A stretch of DNA of 64,000 nucleotides from NCBI GenBank assembly GCA_039811685.1, contig JBDHZC010000002.1:448001-512000 (forward strand), in the 5' to 3' direction. Origin of the DNA: Armatimonadota bacterium. GTDB lineage: Bacteria > Armatimonadota > UBA5829 > DSUL01. A model generated the notes under the pieces. It was not told where the DNA came from, made no database searches, and was given only the letters and a program-made list of their open reading frames with translations. Shown one piece after another: positions 1 through 9,433 of this stretch. Position numbers and translations under genes: made by a program. Position 1 is the first letter of the stretch, and each line of letters begins with the position of its first letter.

Positions 1-130
1 ACACTTCCAGTGGCGTGGCCGAGGGAATTCCGGTGAACTCTGGACGGCGGAGCCGGGTCAAGCGCGGCAGGAATTCACAGAAGGGGAGATAAAGCTGTAA
101 CCACTCCACCAGAGAAGGAAATCACATATC

Positions 131-1462
131 ATGGGCGATAGACCACCCGCGTTTTCACGGCGCGACTTCCTGAAAATCTCCTCTGCGGCTGCCATTGCCA
201 CCGGTGTGGGACTGGCGCCCAGGCGTCTGAAGGCAGCCACCTCACCTGCTTCTCCCAGTGAAACTGTCCGGCTGGGATTCATCGGTTTTGGAGGCCGGGC
301 GCAGCAGCTCTTCCAGGACTTCTCAGCAAACAGTGACGCGCGCGTCACCGCCGTGTGCGATGTGTATGATAAACACCGGGAGCAGGCGGCCGCGACTGTG
401 GGAGGCAACCCCGCTCAGTACAAAGACTTCCGGGACTTGCTGGAAAAAAGCGACGTGGACGCCGTCGTTATAGCGACGCCGCCGCACTGGCATCCGCTCA
501 TCTCCATTGCGGCTATGGAAGCAGGCAAAGACGTCTATTGCGAGAAGCCGATGGCGCTGTATCCCGACGAAGCGCACGCTATGGCAAAAGTTGCACGGAA
601 GCACGGCCGCGTAACACAGGTGGGCACACAGATACACGCAACCGACAACTTTCGCCGCGTTGTTGAGATCGTCCGCTCCGGCGCGCTTGGCAAAATCTCC
701 AGCGTGCGAGTGCAGGTGACTACCAACGAAGCGCCGGGAAACATCCGCGTTCCGAGGGGCGCGCCAACGCCGGAAGGACTGAACTGGGACATGTGGCTCG
801 GCCCGCTGGAAAAGCAACCGTTCAACGAGCCTATGTTTGCGGTCGGACACCGCTACTTCAGAGAGTGCGTCCATAGCTGGATCAACGAGCTGGGCCCGCA
901 CATTATGGACCTGGCTGTCTGGGCGATGGATCCGGGGGAGCCGAGAAGCGTCATGGCGACTGGCGGACGCTACTCCTTGACCGACGACAGCACTATCCCG
1001 GACACCGTTGACGTGCTCTATGAGTACTCTGACTTCACAATGACTTTTATGCACACGATGGGGAACGGGTACAACTTTGGCTTTGCCGCTGAGCCGGACA
1101 AAGGGCGGCGGCTGGCGGTATTCTTCCACGGGACCAACGGCACGCTGGCGGGAGATTACTCCAGCAACAGACTCTGGCTGGAGGGTATCCAACCGGAGGA
1201 TTTTCAGCCAAAAATCAAAGCGATCCCGCCATCAGCAGGACATCAGCGGGAGTTTCTGGATTCTGTTAAGACCCGCAAGGCGCCCTCGTGCAACTTTGAC
1301 TATCATCTGCCGCTGGCCACGGCGCTGACGCTGGCGCATGTGTCGCTGTTTTCTGGAGAAAGAGTGGAGTGGGACGCTCAGAAGGGGCGTGTCCGAAACA
1401 GAGGAAAAGCCTCCGATCTGAGTATCGCGCGCTACAGAGCGCCGTGGAAGCTGACGGGGTAG
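131..1462 (+). CDS. Gfo/Idh/MocA family oxidoreductase, Tat-exported
   Basis: Twin-arginine SRRDFLK; GFIGFGGR Rossmann start; ATPPHWH and VYCEKP motifs; GPHIMD. Confidence 0.92.
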   Translation: MGDRPPAFSRRDFLKISSAAAIATGVGLAPRRLKAATSPASPSETVRLGFIGFGGRAQQLFQDFSANSDARVTAVCDVYDKHREQAAATVGGNPAQYKDFRDLLEKSDVDAVVIATPPHWHPLISIAAMEAGKDVYCEKPMALYPDEAHAMAKVARKHGRVTQVGTQIHATDNFRRVVEIVRSGALGKISSVRVQVTTNEAPGNIRVPRGAPTPEGLNWDMWLGPLEKQPFNEPMFAVGHRYFRECVHSWINELGPHIMDLAVWAMDPGEPRSVMATGGRYSLTDDSTIPDTVDVLYEYSDFTMTFMHTMGNGYNFGFAAEPDKGRRLAVFFHGTNGTLAGDYSSNRLWLEGIQPEDFQPKIKAIPPSAGHQREFLDSVKTRKAPSCNFDYHLPLATALTLAHVSLFSGERVEWDAQKGRVRNRGKASDLSIARYRAPWKLTG

Positions 1463-1486
1463 AATTTTACTGCTGGAAAGGATTTG

Positions 1487-2395
1487 ATGGACAGACGGGA
1501 TTTCTTGCGAAAAGCGGCAAAGACAGGGCTGGGCGCTGGTCTGGCCGTCACCAGACTCGACAAAGCCGCCAGAGCTATGGATACAGTGGGTAAGAAGAAG
1601 GAAGACAGCTTCAGGAAAGCTCTGATCTATCAGATGCTACCGGAGAGTTTGTCCCCGGTAGAGCGCTTCAAGCTCGCAAAAAACTGTGGCTTTGACGGCA
1701 TTGAACTTCCGCCCGTATCCGATCCCAAAGAGCTTGAGCAGATTCACAAAGCTATAGATGTGTCAGGGATTCCGGTGCACTCCATCATCTTCGGAGGCTG
1801 GCAGAAGCCGCTGTCCCATCCGGATGACAGGGTAGCGGAGGAGGGACTGGAAGAGGTGCGCGCAGGGCTGAAGCTGGCTGCGGATGTTGGCGCGGACGGC
1901 CTTTTGCTGGTGCCGGGAGTCGTGAATGCCCAGACACGCTACGTTGAAGCATGGGAGCGATCCCGAAAGCGCATCAAGACTCTGATTCCGCTCGCCAGGC
2001 AGACCGGTGTCACCATCAACATTGAAGAGGTCTGGAACAAGTTTCTGCTGAGCCCGCTGGAGTTCGCGCGCTACATTGACGAGTTCAAGAGTCCCTGGGT
2101 GCGCGCCTATTTCGACGTCGCGAACGTGATCGACTTCGGGTGGCCGCAGGACTGGATCAGAACTCTGGGATCGCGCATCGCCAAGGTGCATGTGAAGGAC
2201 TACAAGCGCGAAAACCGTTCGTGGCCGGCGCTTGGTGAAGGCGACGCGGACTTTCCGGAGATTATGTCGGCGCTGAAGGAAGTGAAGTATTCTGGCTGGC
2301 TGACCTGTGAGCTTCCCGGCGGCGATGAGGGTTATCTGCTGGGAGTATCGCGCCGGATGGACAAGATCATCTCCGGCCTCAATCCGCTGCAGTAG
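1487..2395 (+). CDS. Sugar phosphate isomerase/epimerase (xylose-isomerase-like TIM barrel), Tat-exported
   Basis: DRRDFLR Tat motif; GFDGIEL, IEEVWN, FDVAN, VHVKD, WLTCE metal-binding motifs; start 1484 or 1487. Confidence 0.88.
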   Translation: MDRRDFLRKAAKTGLGAGLAVTRLDKAARAMDTVGKKKEDSFRKALIYQMLPESLSPVERFKLAKNCGFDGIELPPVSDPKELEQIHKAIDVSGIPVHSIIFGGWQKPLSHPDDRVAEEGLEEVRAGLKLAADVGADGLLLVPGVVNAQTRYVEAWERSRKRIKTLIPLARQTGVTINIEEVWNKFLLSPLEFARYIDEFKSPWVRAYFDVANVIDFGWPQDWIRTLGSRIAKVHVKDYKRENRSWPALGEGDADFPEIMSALKEVKYSGWLTCELPGGDEGYLLGVSRRMDKIISGLNPLQ

Positions 2396-2423
2396 TCAGG
2401 CTGTTTTTTGTGGAGTTGACAAT

Positions 2424-3266
2424 TTGAGTGCGCGTTTTCAGGTACTGGTGGACAGAACTGCGTCTTCGGGAACGCTCCCGGATGACCTGCGAGACACTTA
2501 CGGTGGAGACCTTTGCTTCCCTGAATCCTCGGATACCCGGCCCTTTATCTACACGAACTTTGTGACAACGCTCGACGGGCTTGTAACTTTCGGCATTCCA
2601 AATGGCTCTGAGGGTCGCCTGATATCCATGAACAGCAGGGACGACCACTGGCTGATGGCTCTGCTGCGCGCCTCAGCGGATGCCGTGATGGTGGGGGCGG
2701 GAACGCTGCGGGGAGACCCGGACCACGCGTGGACGGTGGAAGCGCTCACAAGCGTTGATCCCGGGCCTTTTGAAGCCTGGCGGGAAACGACTGGCCGGCC
2801 GAAGTTTGCCCTGCAGTGCGTCGTCACGCAGAGTGGACGAATTAACGTGAACTCACGGATTCTCCAGCGCAGCGACCTGACCAAAATCGTCCTCACGACT
2901 GCAGACGGGGCGCAAAGGGCGCCTGCGGAGCTTTCCAACACTCACATCCTCATAGCCGATGGATCCGATGGCGTGGACCTTGCTCAGGCGGTCACGCTTC
3001 TGCGACAGGAGTTTGGAGTGAAGCGTCTGTTGTGTGAGGGCGGGCCGCACCTCTTCGCGCAGATGCTGAAGGCGGAGCTTGTGGATGAATGTTTCCAGAC
3101 GCTCTCTCCGCAGATCATCGGCGCAGACCGCAGTAACCCGCATCGTCTGTCCCTGACGGAGACCAGCGGTTTTTCACCAGAGCAGGCAAAGAGGATGCAT
3201 CTGCTCAGTGCCCGCCTGGGAACTGCTGACCCAGACCATCTCTTCCTGCGCTTCGCACGCTCGTAG
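2424..3266 (+). CDS. RibD C-terminal (dihydrofolate-reductase-like) reductase
   Basis: RPFIYTNFVTTLDG, LRASADAVMVGAGT, LLCEGGPHL, VDE motifs; probable TTG start at 2424 after GGAG. Confidence 0.85.
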   Translation: MSARFQVLVDRTASSGTLPDDLRDTYGGDLCFPESSDTRPFIYTNFVTTLDGLVTFGIPNGSEGRLISMNSRDDHWLMALLRASADAVMVGAGTLRGDPDHAWTVEALTSVDPGPFEAWRETTGRPKFALQCVVTQSGRINVNSRILQRSDLTKIVLTTADGAQRAPAELSNTHILIADGSDGVDLAQAVTLLRQEFGVKRLLCEGGPHLFAQMLKAELVDECFQTLSPQIIGADRSNPHRLSLTETSGFSPEQAKRMHLLSARLGTADPDHLFLRFARS

Positions 3267-3385
3267 CCTTCCGCTTACATCCGGGACCGGGCTATCTTTT
3301 CAGTATCTTTTCGCCGGTTGTGATTGTATAATGGATACAGGCGTGGCAATGACGCCTGCGCACTCTGCCATATCTGGCCAATCCC

Positions 3386-5398
3386 ATGAACAATTTCAAC
3401 CGCACACTTTATCGTCTTGCCGTCCTTGTGTTGGCTCTGTGGCTTGCTGGAACTTATGGCGTCCAGGCCGATTATGCGCCCGGTGAAGTCATCGTCATCC
3501 CGAAAGCCGGCAAACTGGCGGCCATGCCTTCCCTTCTGGCCGCTCAGGGCGCAACCGTGAAGAACACAAGTTCGCGCCTCGGATCTGTCACGCTCAAACT
3601 CCCGAAGGGTCAGAGCGTACAAGAGGCTGTCAACGCCCTGAAGAAAGACCCCAATGTCGCCTACGCAGGGCCCAATCACATTCTACGTATCGCCCTTCTG
3701 CCAAACGATCCTCTCCTGAGAGACGGCTACGATCTGCTCGGCATTGGTTACTTCACTGAGCCACAGTGGGGCCTCTACAACGACGGAAGCAACAACTCGT
3801 ACGGCGGCAAGCTGCGCGCCGACATTCACGCGCCGGAGGCCTGGGAGATTACAACGGGCAGCCCGAATGTCGTTATCGCGATCATTGATACCGGCATCGA
3901 CTACACGCACCCGGACATTCAGGACAAGGTCTGGATCAATGCCGGGGAGATACCCAACAACGGCATTGACGACGACAATAACGGCTACGTGGATGACTGG
4001 CGCGGATGGAACTTTCTGGGCGCCGGCAGCAACGATCCGATGGACGACAACTCAGAGCAGGGTCTCGCCATTCACCACGGCACATTTACAGCCGGTGTCG
4101 CGGGAGCGTCCTCAGACAACGGAGAGGGCATTGCGGGAGTTTCCTGGGATTCGCCGGTTATGGCTCTCAAAGTCATCGGCGCTGACGGCTCCGGGCTGGA
4201 AGACGACGCTGCCCGAGCTGTCGTCTATGCCGCTGACAACGGCGCAAAAGTCATCAACATGAGCTTGACGGGAGAAGACGCGCCGCTGCTTCACCAGGCC
4301 GTTGACTACGCCTGGTCCAAAGGAGCGCTGGTGGTATGCGCCAGCGGAAACGAAAACCTCTCAACTCCGACCTATCCCGCCTCGTACCAGCACGCGCTTT
4401 CTGTCGGCGCGACAAACGAGTACGACGAGCGCTGCACCGCGGCCGACTGGTTGAGCGGGGGCAGCAACTACGGCGATTACCTTGACGTCATGGCGCCCGG
4501 AAACAACATCCTGAGCCTGACAGATGCCGTGGAACCGGGCGGCTATTACACTCTTCCCGGCACCTCCGCTGCCGCGCCTTTTGTCTCCGGGATCGCCGCC
4601 CTCATCTGGTCGGTCCATCCAGACTGGACCAATCAGCAGGTGTTCGACCAGATTGTGCGAACGTGTGACGACATTGGAACTCCCGGATGGGACATGTACA
4701 CGGGCTGGGGCCGCGTGAACGCCTACCGCGCCCTGACTGAAGTCTCTTCTGAAACCGCGACGATCGCCGAACTCAAGACGATGCCGCTGAACAGCTCAGT
4801 GTTGCTCAAAGGCAAAGTACTGACCGTTGGAAGCGGGCAGATCGCGAACCGGCTGTATATCCAGGACGCTTCGAGCTACGCCGGCATTTTGCTTTACTTT
4901 GCCGAGAGTGTGCCGGCGGGACTCGCGCAAGGGGACACTGTTGAGGTTTTCGGAAAGCTCGGAACGGTGTCGGGTGAGCTGGCAATAACCGGCGGAAGCG
5001 TCACCAGGATGGCCACTGCGCCTGTTCCCAAACCTGTCACCATGCGCAACAAAGCGCTTGGAGGCGGAACAACAGGCAACCAGCAGGGTGTTGTGGACCA
5101 CTACTCACTGCCCAGACAGATGGCTATCGGCGCAAGCAACATTGGCGTGCTGGCCAGCGCGTGGGGCAAAGTTACGGCAATCGGTTTTGACTGGTTTTAC
5201 ATTGACGACGGCGCCGGTCTGGACGATGGCACGGGCAACACAGGCGTCTACGTAAACTGCGGCCCACTGGTGCGCCCAGGGCTGAACAAGATCGTGAGAG
5301 TCACCGGCATCTCGAGTTGCGACATCCCTCAGGGCGCCACAGTCGCCCGGCGTGTCCTGCGTCCGCGCCAACAAAGCGACATTGAAGTGCTGAAGTAA
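3386..5398 (+). CDS. Secreted S8 (subtilisin) serine peptidase with C-terminal beta-rich module
   Basis: Signal peptide; catalytic triad motifs IIDTG, HHGTFTAG, GTSAAAP; Ca-binding-like GIDDDNNGYVDD insert. Confidence 0.93.
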   Translation: MNNFNRTLYRLAVLVLALWLAGTYGVQADYAPGEVIVIPKAGKLAAMPSLLAAQGATVKNTSSRLGSVTLKLPKGQSVQEAVNALKKDPNVAYAGPNHILRIALLPNDPLLRDGYDLLGIGYFTEPQWGLYNDGSNNSYGGKLRADIHAPEAWEITTGSPNVVIAIIDTGIDYTHPDIQDKVWINAGEIPNNGIDDDNNGYVDDWRGWNFLGAGSNDPMDDNSEQGLAIHHGTFTAGVAGASSDNGEGIAGVSWDSPVMALKVIGADGSGLEDDAARAVVYAADNGAKVINMSLTGEDAPLLHQAVDYAWSKGALVVCASGNENLSTPTYPASYQHALSVGATNEYDERCTAADWLSGGSNYGDYLDVMAPGNNILSLTDAVEPGGYYTLPGTSAAAPFVSGIAALIWSVHPDWTNQQVFDQIVRTCDDIGTPGWDMYTGWGRVNAYRALTEVSSETATIAELKTMPLNSSVLLKGKVLTVGSGQIANRLYIQDASSYAGILLYFAESVPAGLAQGDTVEVFGKLGTVSGELAITGGSVTRMATAPVPKPVTMRNKALGGGTTGNQQGVVDHYSLPRQMAIGASNIGVLASAWGKVTAIGFDWFYIDDGAGLDDGTGNTGVYVNCGPLVRPGLNKIVRVTGISSCDIPQGATVARRVLRPRQQSDIEVLK

Positions 5399-5448
5399 AG
5401 AAACAGCGTGTTCAGGTGAAGTGCGCAGAGAGCGTGCCGTGCATTCCT

Positions 5449-6231
5449 TCAGCGCGGCAGCGGACTGCCAAGCTCAGATACCGGCGTAAGAGTGTAACCC
5501 TTGGCTTTCAGGTCCTGAAGGAGATGCGGCAGCATCTTTGCGGTCTGCGCGCTTCCAAGGTGGCAGAGAATGACGCCACCCGGTGAAACCTTCTGAAGAA
5601 TCAGCTTTCGGAAACGCTCCGCGGTAATGCCACGGTAGCGCGGCGCAGCGTCCTGCCCTCCTGCTGTCCAAAACACACACTCGTAACCTGCTGCTTCAGC
5701 CGCCTTGAGAACGTGAGCGTTGCGCGCGCCGAAAGGTGGACGGAAATAGGGCCTGGTGCTCACTCCGCAGATGGCCATAACGGCCCTCTCTGTCTGGTTC
5801 AGCTCTTTTGCGATTCTCGCCGCGCTGAGACGGCGCAGATCCGGGTGGCTCCAGGTGTGATTGCCCAGCTCATGACCGCCAAGCGCGATCAGCTTGAGAA
5901 GCTCAGGGTACTTGCGCGCGAACTCGCCTGTAATGAAAAAAGTCGCGGTTACGCCTTCTTTCTCCAGAGCCTTGAGAACCGTCTTGACATACTCTCCCGA
6001 AGCTCCCGCGTCAAAAGTCAGCGCAATACGCCGGGCCTTTGCCGCACCGTCTTTCTCAACGCGGGATGAAGCGGACTGATTTTGCGCCACCCGGGCCGAA
6101 GCCGCAGACGACGGCTGCGCAGGCGCACTCCCGGCAGTTATCAGCAACAGCAGAAAAGCCAGCCCCGTACGCCAGACTGACTCCCCGCGCAAATTGACGG
6201 GGAGCCAGCCAACAGAATGTCTGGAGATCAA
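5449..6231 (-). CDS. Polysaccharide deacetylase (CE4/NodB family)
   Basis: ALTFDAG, ATFFITG, GNHTWSHP, FRPPFG, VILCH motifs; N-terminal hydrophobic segment; start uncertain. Confidence 0.9.
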   Translation of the reverse strand: MISRHSVGWLPVNLRGESVWRTGLAFLLLLITAGSAPAQPSSAASARVAQNQSASSRVEKDGAAKARRIALTFDAGASGEYVKTVLKALEKEGVTATFFITGEFARKYPELLKLIALGGHELGNHTWSHPDLRRLSAARIAKELNQTERAVMAICGVSTRPYFRPPFGARNAHVLKAAEAAGYECVFWTAGGQDAAPRYRGITAERFRKLILQKVSPGGVILCHLGSAQTAKMLPHLLQDLKAKGYTLTPVSELGSPLPR

Positions 6232-6242
6232 ATAAACCTACC

Positions 6243-7661
6243 CTAGCGCATCGCCTGAACCTTGCCGCTGGACACAGACGCCAGCTTCTGCTTCAGCACC
6301 GCCACAGCCTTTTGCATCTGCGGGTCGTACTTCAGGCGATCGGTATTCTCATCCGCGTCTTCCGGCGGATCCTCAAGGGCTTTTACCTCGATATCCGGAT
6401 GAATGCCACCCTTCTTCGTGATTCTGTCCTTGTGGATGTCGTGCCCATCCGGCGTCAGGTACTTGGCAGTGGTGATGCGCACGGCACTGTCGCCAGGCAG
6501 CGGTACAATAGTCTGCACGCGGCCCTTGCCAAAGGTCGTCGTGCCGATAAGCGTTCCCGAGTGCGTATCTTTGATGGCGCCGGCCACGATCTCGGAGGCG
6601 CTTGCGCTCATCTCATTGACCAGCACCACCAGTGGATATTGTTTGTGGTCCTGCCGGGTCGGGTCCACCTCCAGCTTGCTTGTCTGCCCGCCGCGTTCCT
6701 TGATGATGACAACCGGGCCACCTTTTGGAATGAAGCGGCTGCCAATCTCAACAGCGGACTCAAGCAGACCGCCGGGGTTGTCCCGCAGATCCAGAATCAG
6801 CGCCTTCATCTTGTGATTCTCAAGGTCCGTCAGCGCCTGATCCATCTGCTCATCCGCCTTACTGTTGAACTGGCGCAAAAGCAGCCAACCAATGCCGTCC
6901 TGCTTGTCCACCATCTCATGCTCAACCATGCGGTACTCGACAACCTGACGCTTGATGCTGAAGTTGAGCGGCTTCAACTCTTTGCCACGGGCGATGACCA
7001 GCGATACTCTTGTATTCTCCGGGCCGCGTATCATCTTGACGACTTCGTCAATGTCCTTGCCGCCCACCGACTGCCCGTCAACCTTGAGAATGACATCTCC
7101 CTTCTTGATGCCGGCTTTGATGGCCGGGCAACCCGGCAGGGGCTCCTTCACAAACACCTGACCCTGTTTGTTGGTCCAGAGCTGAGCGCCGATTCCGACG
7201 AAGTTGCCATCGTTTTCCTCGCGCATCTTCTTGTAGTCGCTCGGGTCCAGAAAGCCCGTGAACGGATCGTCCAGCGCGGCCAGAACACCTCGCACAGCCA
7301 TATACGTCAACTGCTTGCGGTCCAGGGACGGCTGCTGCACCGCCTTGTCACCGGCGAGGCTGTTGGTCGGAGTTTTCACGACCATCGTCGCAAGCGTACT
7401 GGCTGGCGGATAGAAGCGGTCGATGATGGTGCTCATCACCTCCTGGTACGTCTCCCGCACGCGCAGCTTGTCCTCCACGGGTTTGGGCTGCTCCATCAGC
7501 ATCTGCATCCGGTCGGGAATGGCAAGAAGCGCTGTCCTGACACCGGCCGGATTCCAGCCTGAAGCCCGGACGTCGCGCCAGCTAAAGCCGACGACGAAGA
7601 ACACCAGGCCGAGCATCAGCATCTGCACGACTGTAGTTAGAAAGGGTCTGCGCTGGTTCAA
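6243..7661 (-). CDS. ctpA: S41A carboxyl-terminal processing protease (active)
   Basis: LDDPFT, GIGA PDZ loop, LDLRDNPGG, SASASEI (catalytic Ser), TFGKG (catalytic Lys), GIHPD. Confidence 0.93.
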   Translation of the reverse strand: MNQRRPFLTTVVQMLMLGLVFFVVGFSWRDVRASGWNPAGVRTALLAIPDRMQMLMEQPKPVEDKLRVRETYQEVMSTIIDRFYPPASTLATMVVKTPTNSLAGDKAVQQPSLDRKQLTYMAVRGVLAALDDPFTGFLDPSDYKKMREENDGNFVGIGAQLWTNKQGQVFVKEPLPGCPAIKAGIKKGDVILKVDGQSVGGKDIDEVVKMIRGPENTRVSLVIARGKELKPLNFSIKRQVVEYRMVEHEMVDKQDGIGWLLLRQFNSKADEQMDQALTDLENHKMKALILDLRDNPGGLLESAVEIGSRFIPKGGPVVIIKERGGQTSKLEVDPTRQDHKQYPLVVLVNEMSASASEIVAGAIKDTHSGTLIGTTTFGKGRVQTIVPLPGDSAVRITTAKYLTPDGHDIHKDRITKKGGIHPDIEVKALEDPPEDADENTDRLKYDPQMQKAVAVLKQKLASVSSGKVQAMR

Positions 7662-9115
7662 CTTCGTGAGTCCTTATCCGCCGTTGCACCCGGGATGGTC
7701 AGAAGAGCAGCCTCCGCGGCCGGACGCCGCGCGACCGCCAGAGCGCGTTCAAGCTGCGTATCACCAGCCTGTCCAACGCGGGAAGCCGCCATTGGCACAA
7801 TCGCATCCGGTTTCACGCCAACTTTGTTGAAATCCCGCTTGCTGGGTGACACAATCTTTCCAGTGGTAAGAATATAGCCGGAGCCGTCTTCCAACCTGAA
7901 AGCCGTGCGCTCAAATCCGTTGCCCCACGTCGTGTCTCCAATGAGCTTCATGCCCGCTGCCTCTCGAAGACCGGCCGCCAGAACCTCAGAAGTCCCTTCA
8001 GTGCCGAGATTCACCAGTCCCACGAGACGGACTTTGCCAACCGGGTTGCCCCGCCCGTTCAGAGCGTCCACACGTCCACGGCTGTGTAACACCTGCGCAA
8101 ACTGTCTGGGCCCGATCAGTGCGCCTGCGATTTCCTGCGACGCAACCATCTGCCCTCCGGGTGAGTTGCGCAAGTCCAGAACCACAGAGCTAGCACCCTT
8201 TCCGACAAGAGCGCTCAGCGCTTTGCGGAACTCTGCAGGCGTCTGTGGCGTCGTGAGCACAATCCGGATGTAGCCGACGCTGTTGTCCAGCATTTTGCTC
8301 TGTACGAGCTCAGGGGTGAAAACACCCGGCGTCAGCTTGATTGGCGGAAGCGCCTTTCCGTTCCTCGACACCTTGAGCTTCAACTCACCTTCTTTGGCGC
8401 TCATCAGCTTCTGCGACACCACATCGAGACTGACAGAGCGCTCCTGAAGCTCCTTGGCGGAGTCAAAGGCGTGCTTCTTCTGCTGATAGGTTGCTTTGTA
8501 GTCTTTAGACAGCTTGTAGACGTCGCTGAACGGGTCGTGGCTCATAATCCACTTGTCGTCCACTTCTTCAATGACGTCCCCCGGTTGCAGGCCCGCGCGC
8601 TCCGCCGGTGACCCCGGCAGCGCAGCGACGACAGTAAGCTGCTGGTCGGTGAAGTTGGGTTCCTTGCGCTCCCGTATCTTCAGAACAGCCCCAATGCCAC
8701 TAAAGCGCCCCTGCGCCATCTCCGAAAGCGTTGTGCTGGCGTCCTTGTCCAGAAACTGAGAATTGGAGTCTCCAAGACTGGCGACCATGTACTTGACAGC
8801 GCTGTGCGCCATCTTGCTGTTGTTGTACGGGTCGATCTCATCAACATAGTAGTCCTTGACGATATTCAGGACTTTCCAGACAAGTTGAAGAGAGTCCAGA
8901 TCGTAGTCCAGCCCCATAGTGGCATCCGCCGAAGCAGACGCATACAGCGTCAAAGGTTCTACAGCCTGTGACGTGCGCGCGGCGCTGACATGCAGCGAAG
9001 AGCTGGCGAAGTTTCCAGCGCACAGCGCACCGCCTGCAATAACAGCGGCCAGCGGCCAAATGTATCTCTTGCTAAAGTTCATGAGTGGTTTTGGAAGTGA
9101 ATTGCGAACTGGCAA
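7658..9115 (-). CDS. S41 protease homolog with degenerate active site
   Basis: PDZ GIGA and LDLRNSPGG retained; GTEGTSE in place of SASASE and TWGNG in place of TFGKG; start 9115 or the ATG ~33 nt downstream. Confidence 0.85.
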   Translation of the reverse strand: MPVRNSLPKPLMNFSKRYIWPLAAVIAGGALCAGNFASSSLHVSAARTSQAVEPLTLYASASADATMGLDYDLDSLQLVWKVLNIVKDYYVDEIDPYNNSKMAHSAVKYMVASLGDSNSQFLDKDASTTLSEMAQGRFSGIGAVLKIRERKEPNFTDQQLTVVAALPGSPAERAGLQPGDVIEEVDDKWIMSHDPFSDVYKLSKDYKATYQQKKHAFDSAKELQERSVSLDVVSQKLMSAKEGELKLKVSRNGKALPPIKLTPGVFTPELVQSKMLDNSVGYIRIVLTTPQTPAEFRKALSALVGKGASSVVLDLRNSPGGQMVASQEIAGALIGPRQFAQVLHSRGRVDALNGRGNPVGKVRLVGLVNLGTEGTSEVLAAGLREAAGMKLIGDTTWGNGFERTAFRLEDGSGYILTTGKIVSPSKRDFNKVGVKPDAIVPMAASRVGQAGDTQLERALAVARRPAAEAALLTIPGATADKDSRS

Positions 9116-9271
9116 AGCGGGCGCATCAGGCGATCAACGGCATTCATCGGCGCCCACTGATGACTTACAGCGCCCGAGGAAACCTGAGAAGTCTGAGCAC
9201 ACCCCCCGATTGTGCCAATGTCAGCTTCTCCGCGCGAAACGGCGATAGTTTCGATACCCGGCTACGAGTGA

Positions 9272-9280
9272 ATTATACCA
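9272..9280 (-). promoter_or_regulatory. Extended -10 promoter (TGGTATAAT) for the S41-S41-deacetylase operon
   Basis: Plus strand attatacca = minus TGGTATAAT, in intergenic DNA upstream of the operon. Confidence 0.55.
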
Positions 9281-9433
9281 TAAGGGCTGACAATCGATAC
9301 TCTGACGCCAGCGAGCCCAAACACCGCCCTCAGCCTCCGTCGCCTTCGAAACCAGACAGCTTGCCGTATTGCTGACGGATATTAGTCTATGACGCTGTGG
9401 AGAAAGTAACAGTTCCTGAACCGAAAAATCGCC

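Noticed and set aside
1..100. 3' end of an upstream CDS
   Set aside because: Two plus-strand frames are open to nearby stops; frame and product cannot be assigned
6312..7562. 416-aa plus-strand ORF (also 56899-57954 and many similar)
   Set aside because: Antisense shadows of well-supported genes, expected in GC-rich DNA
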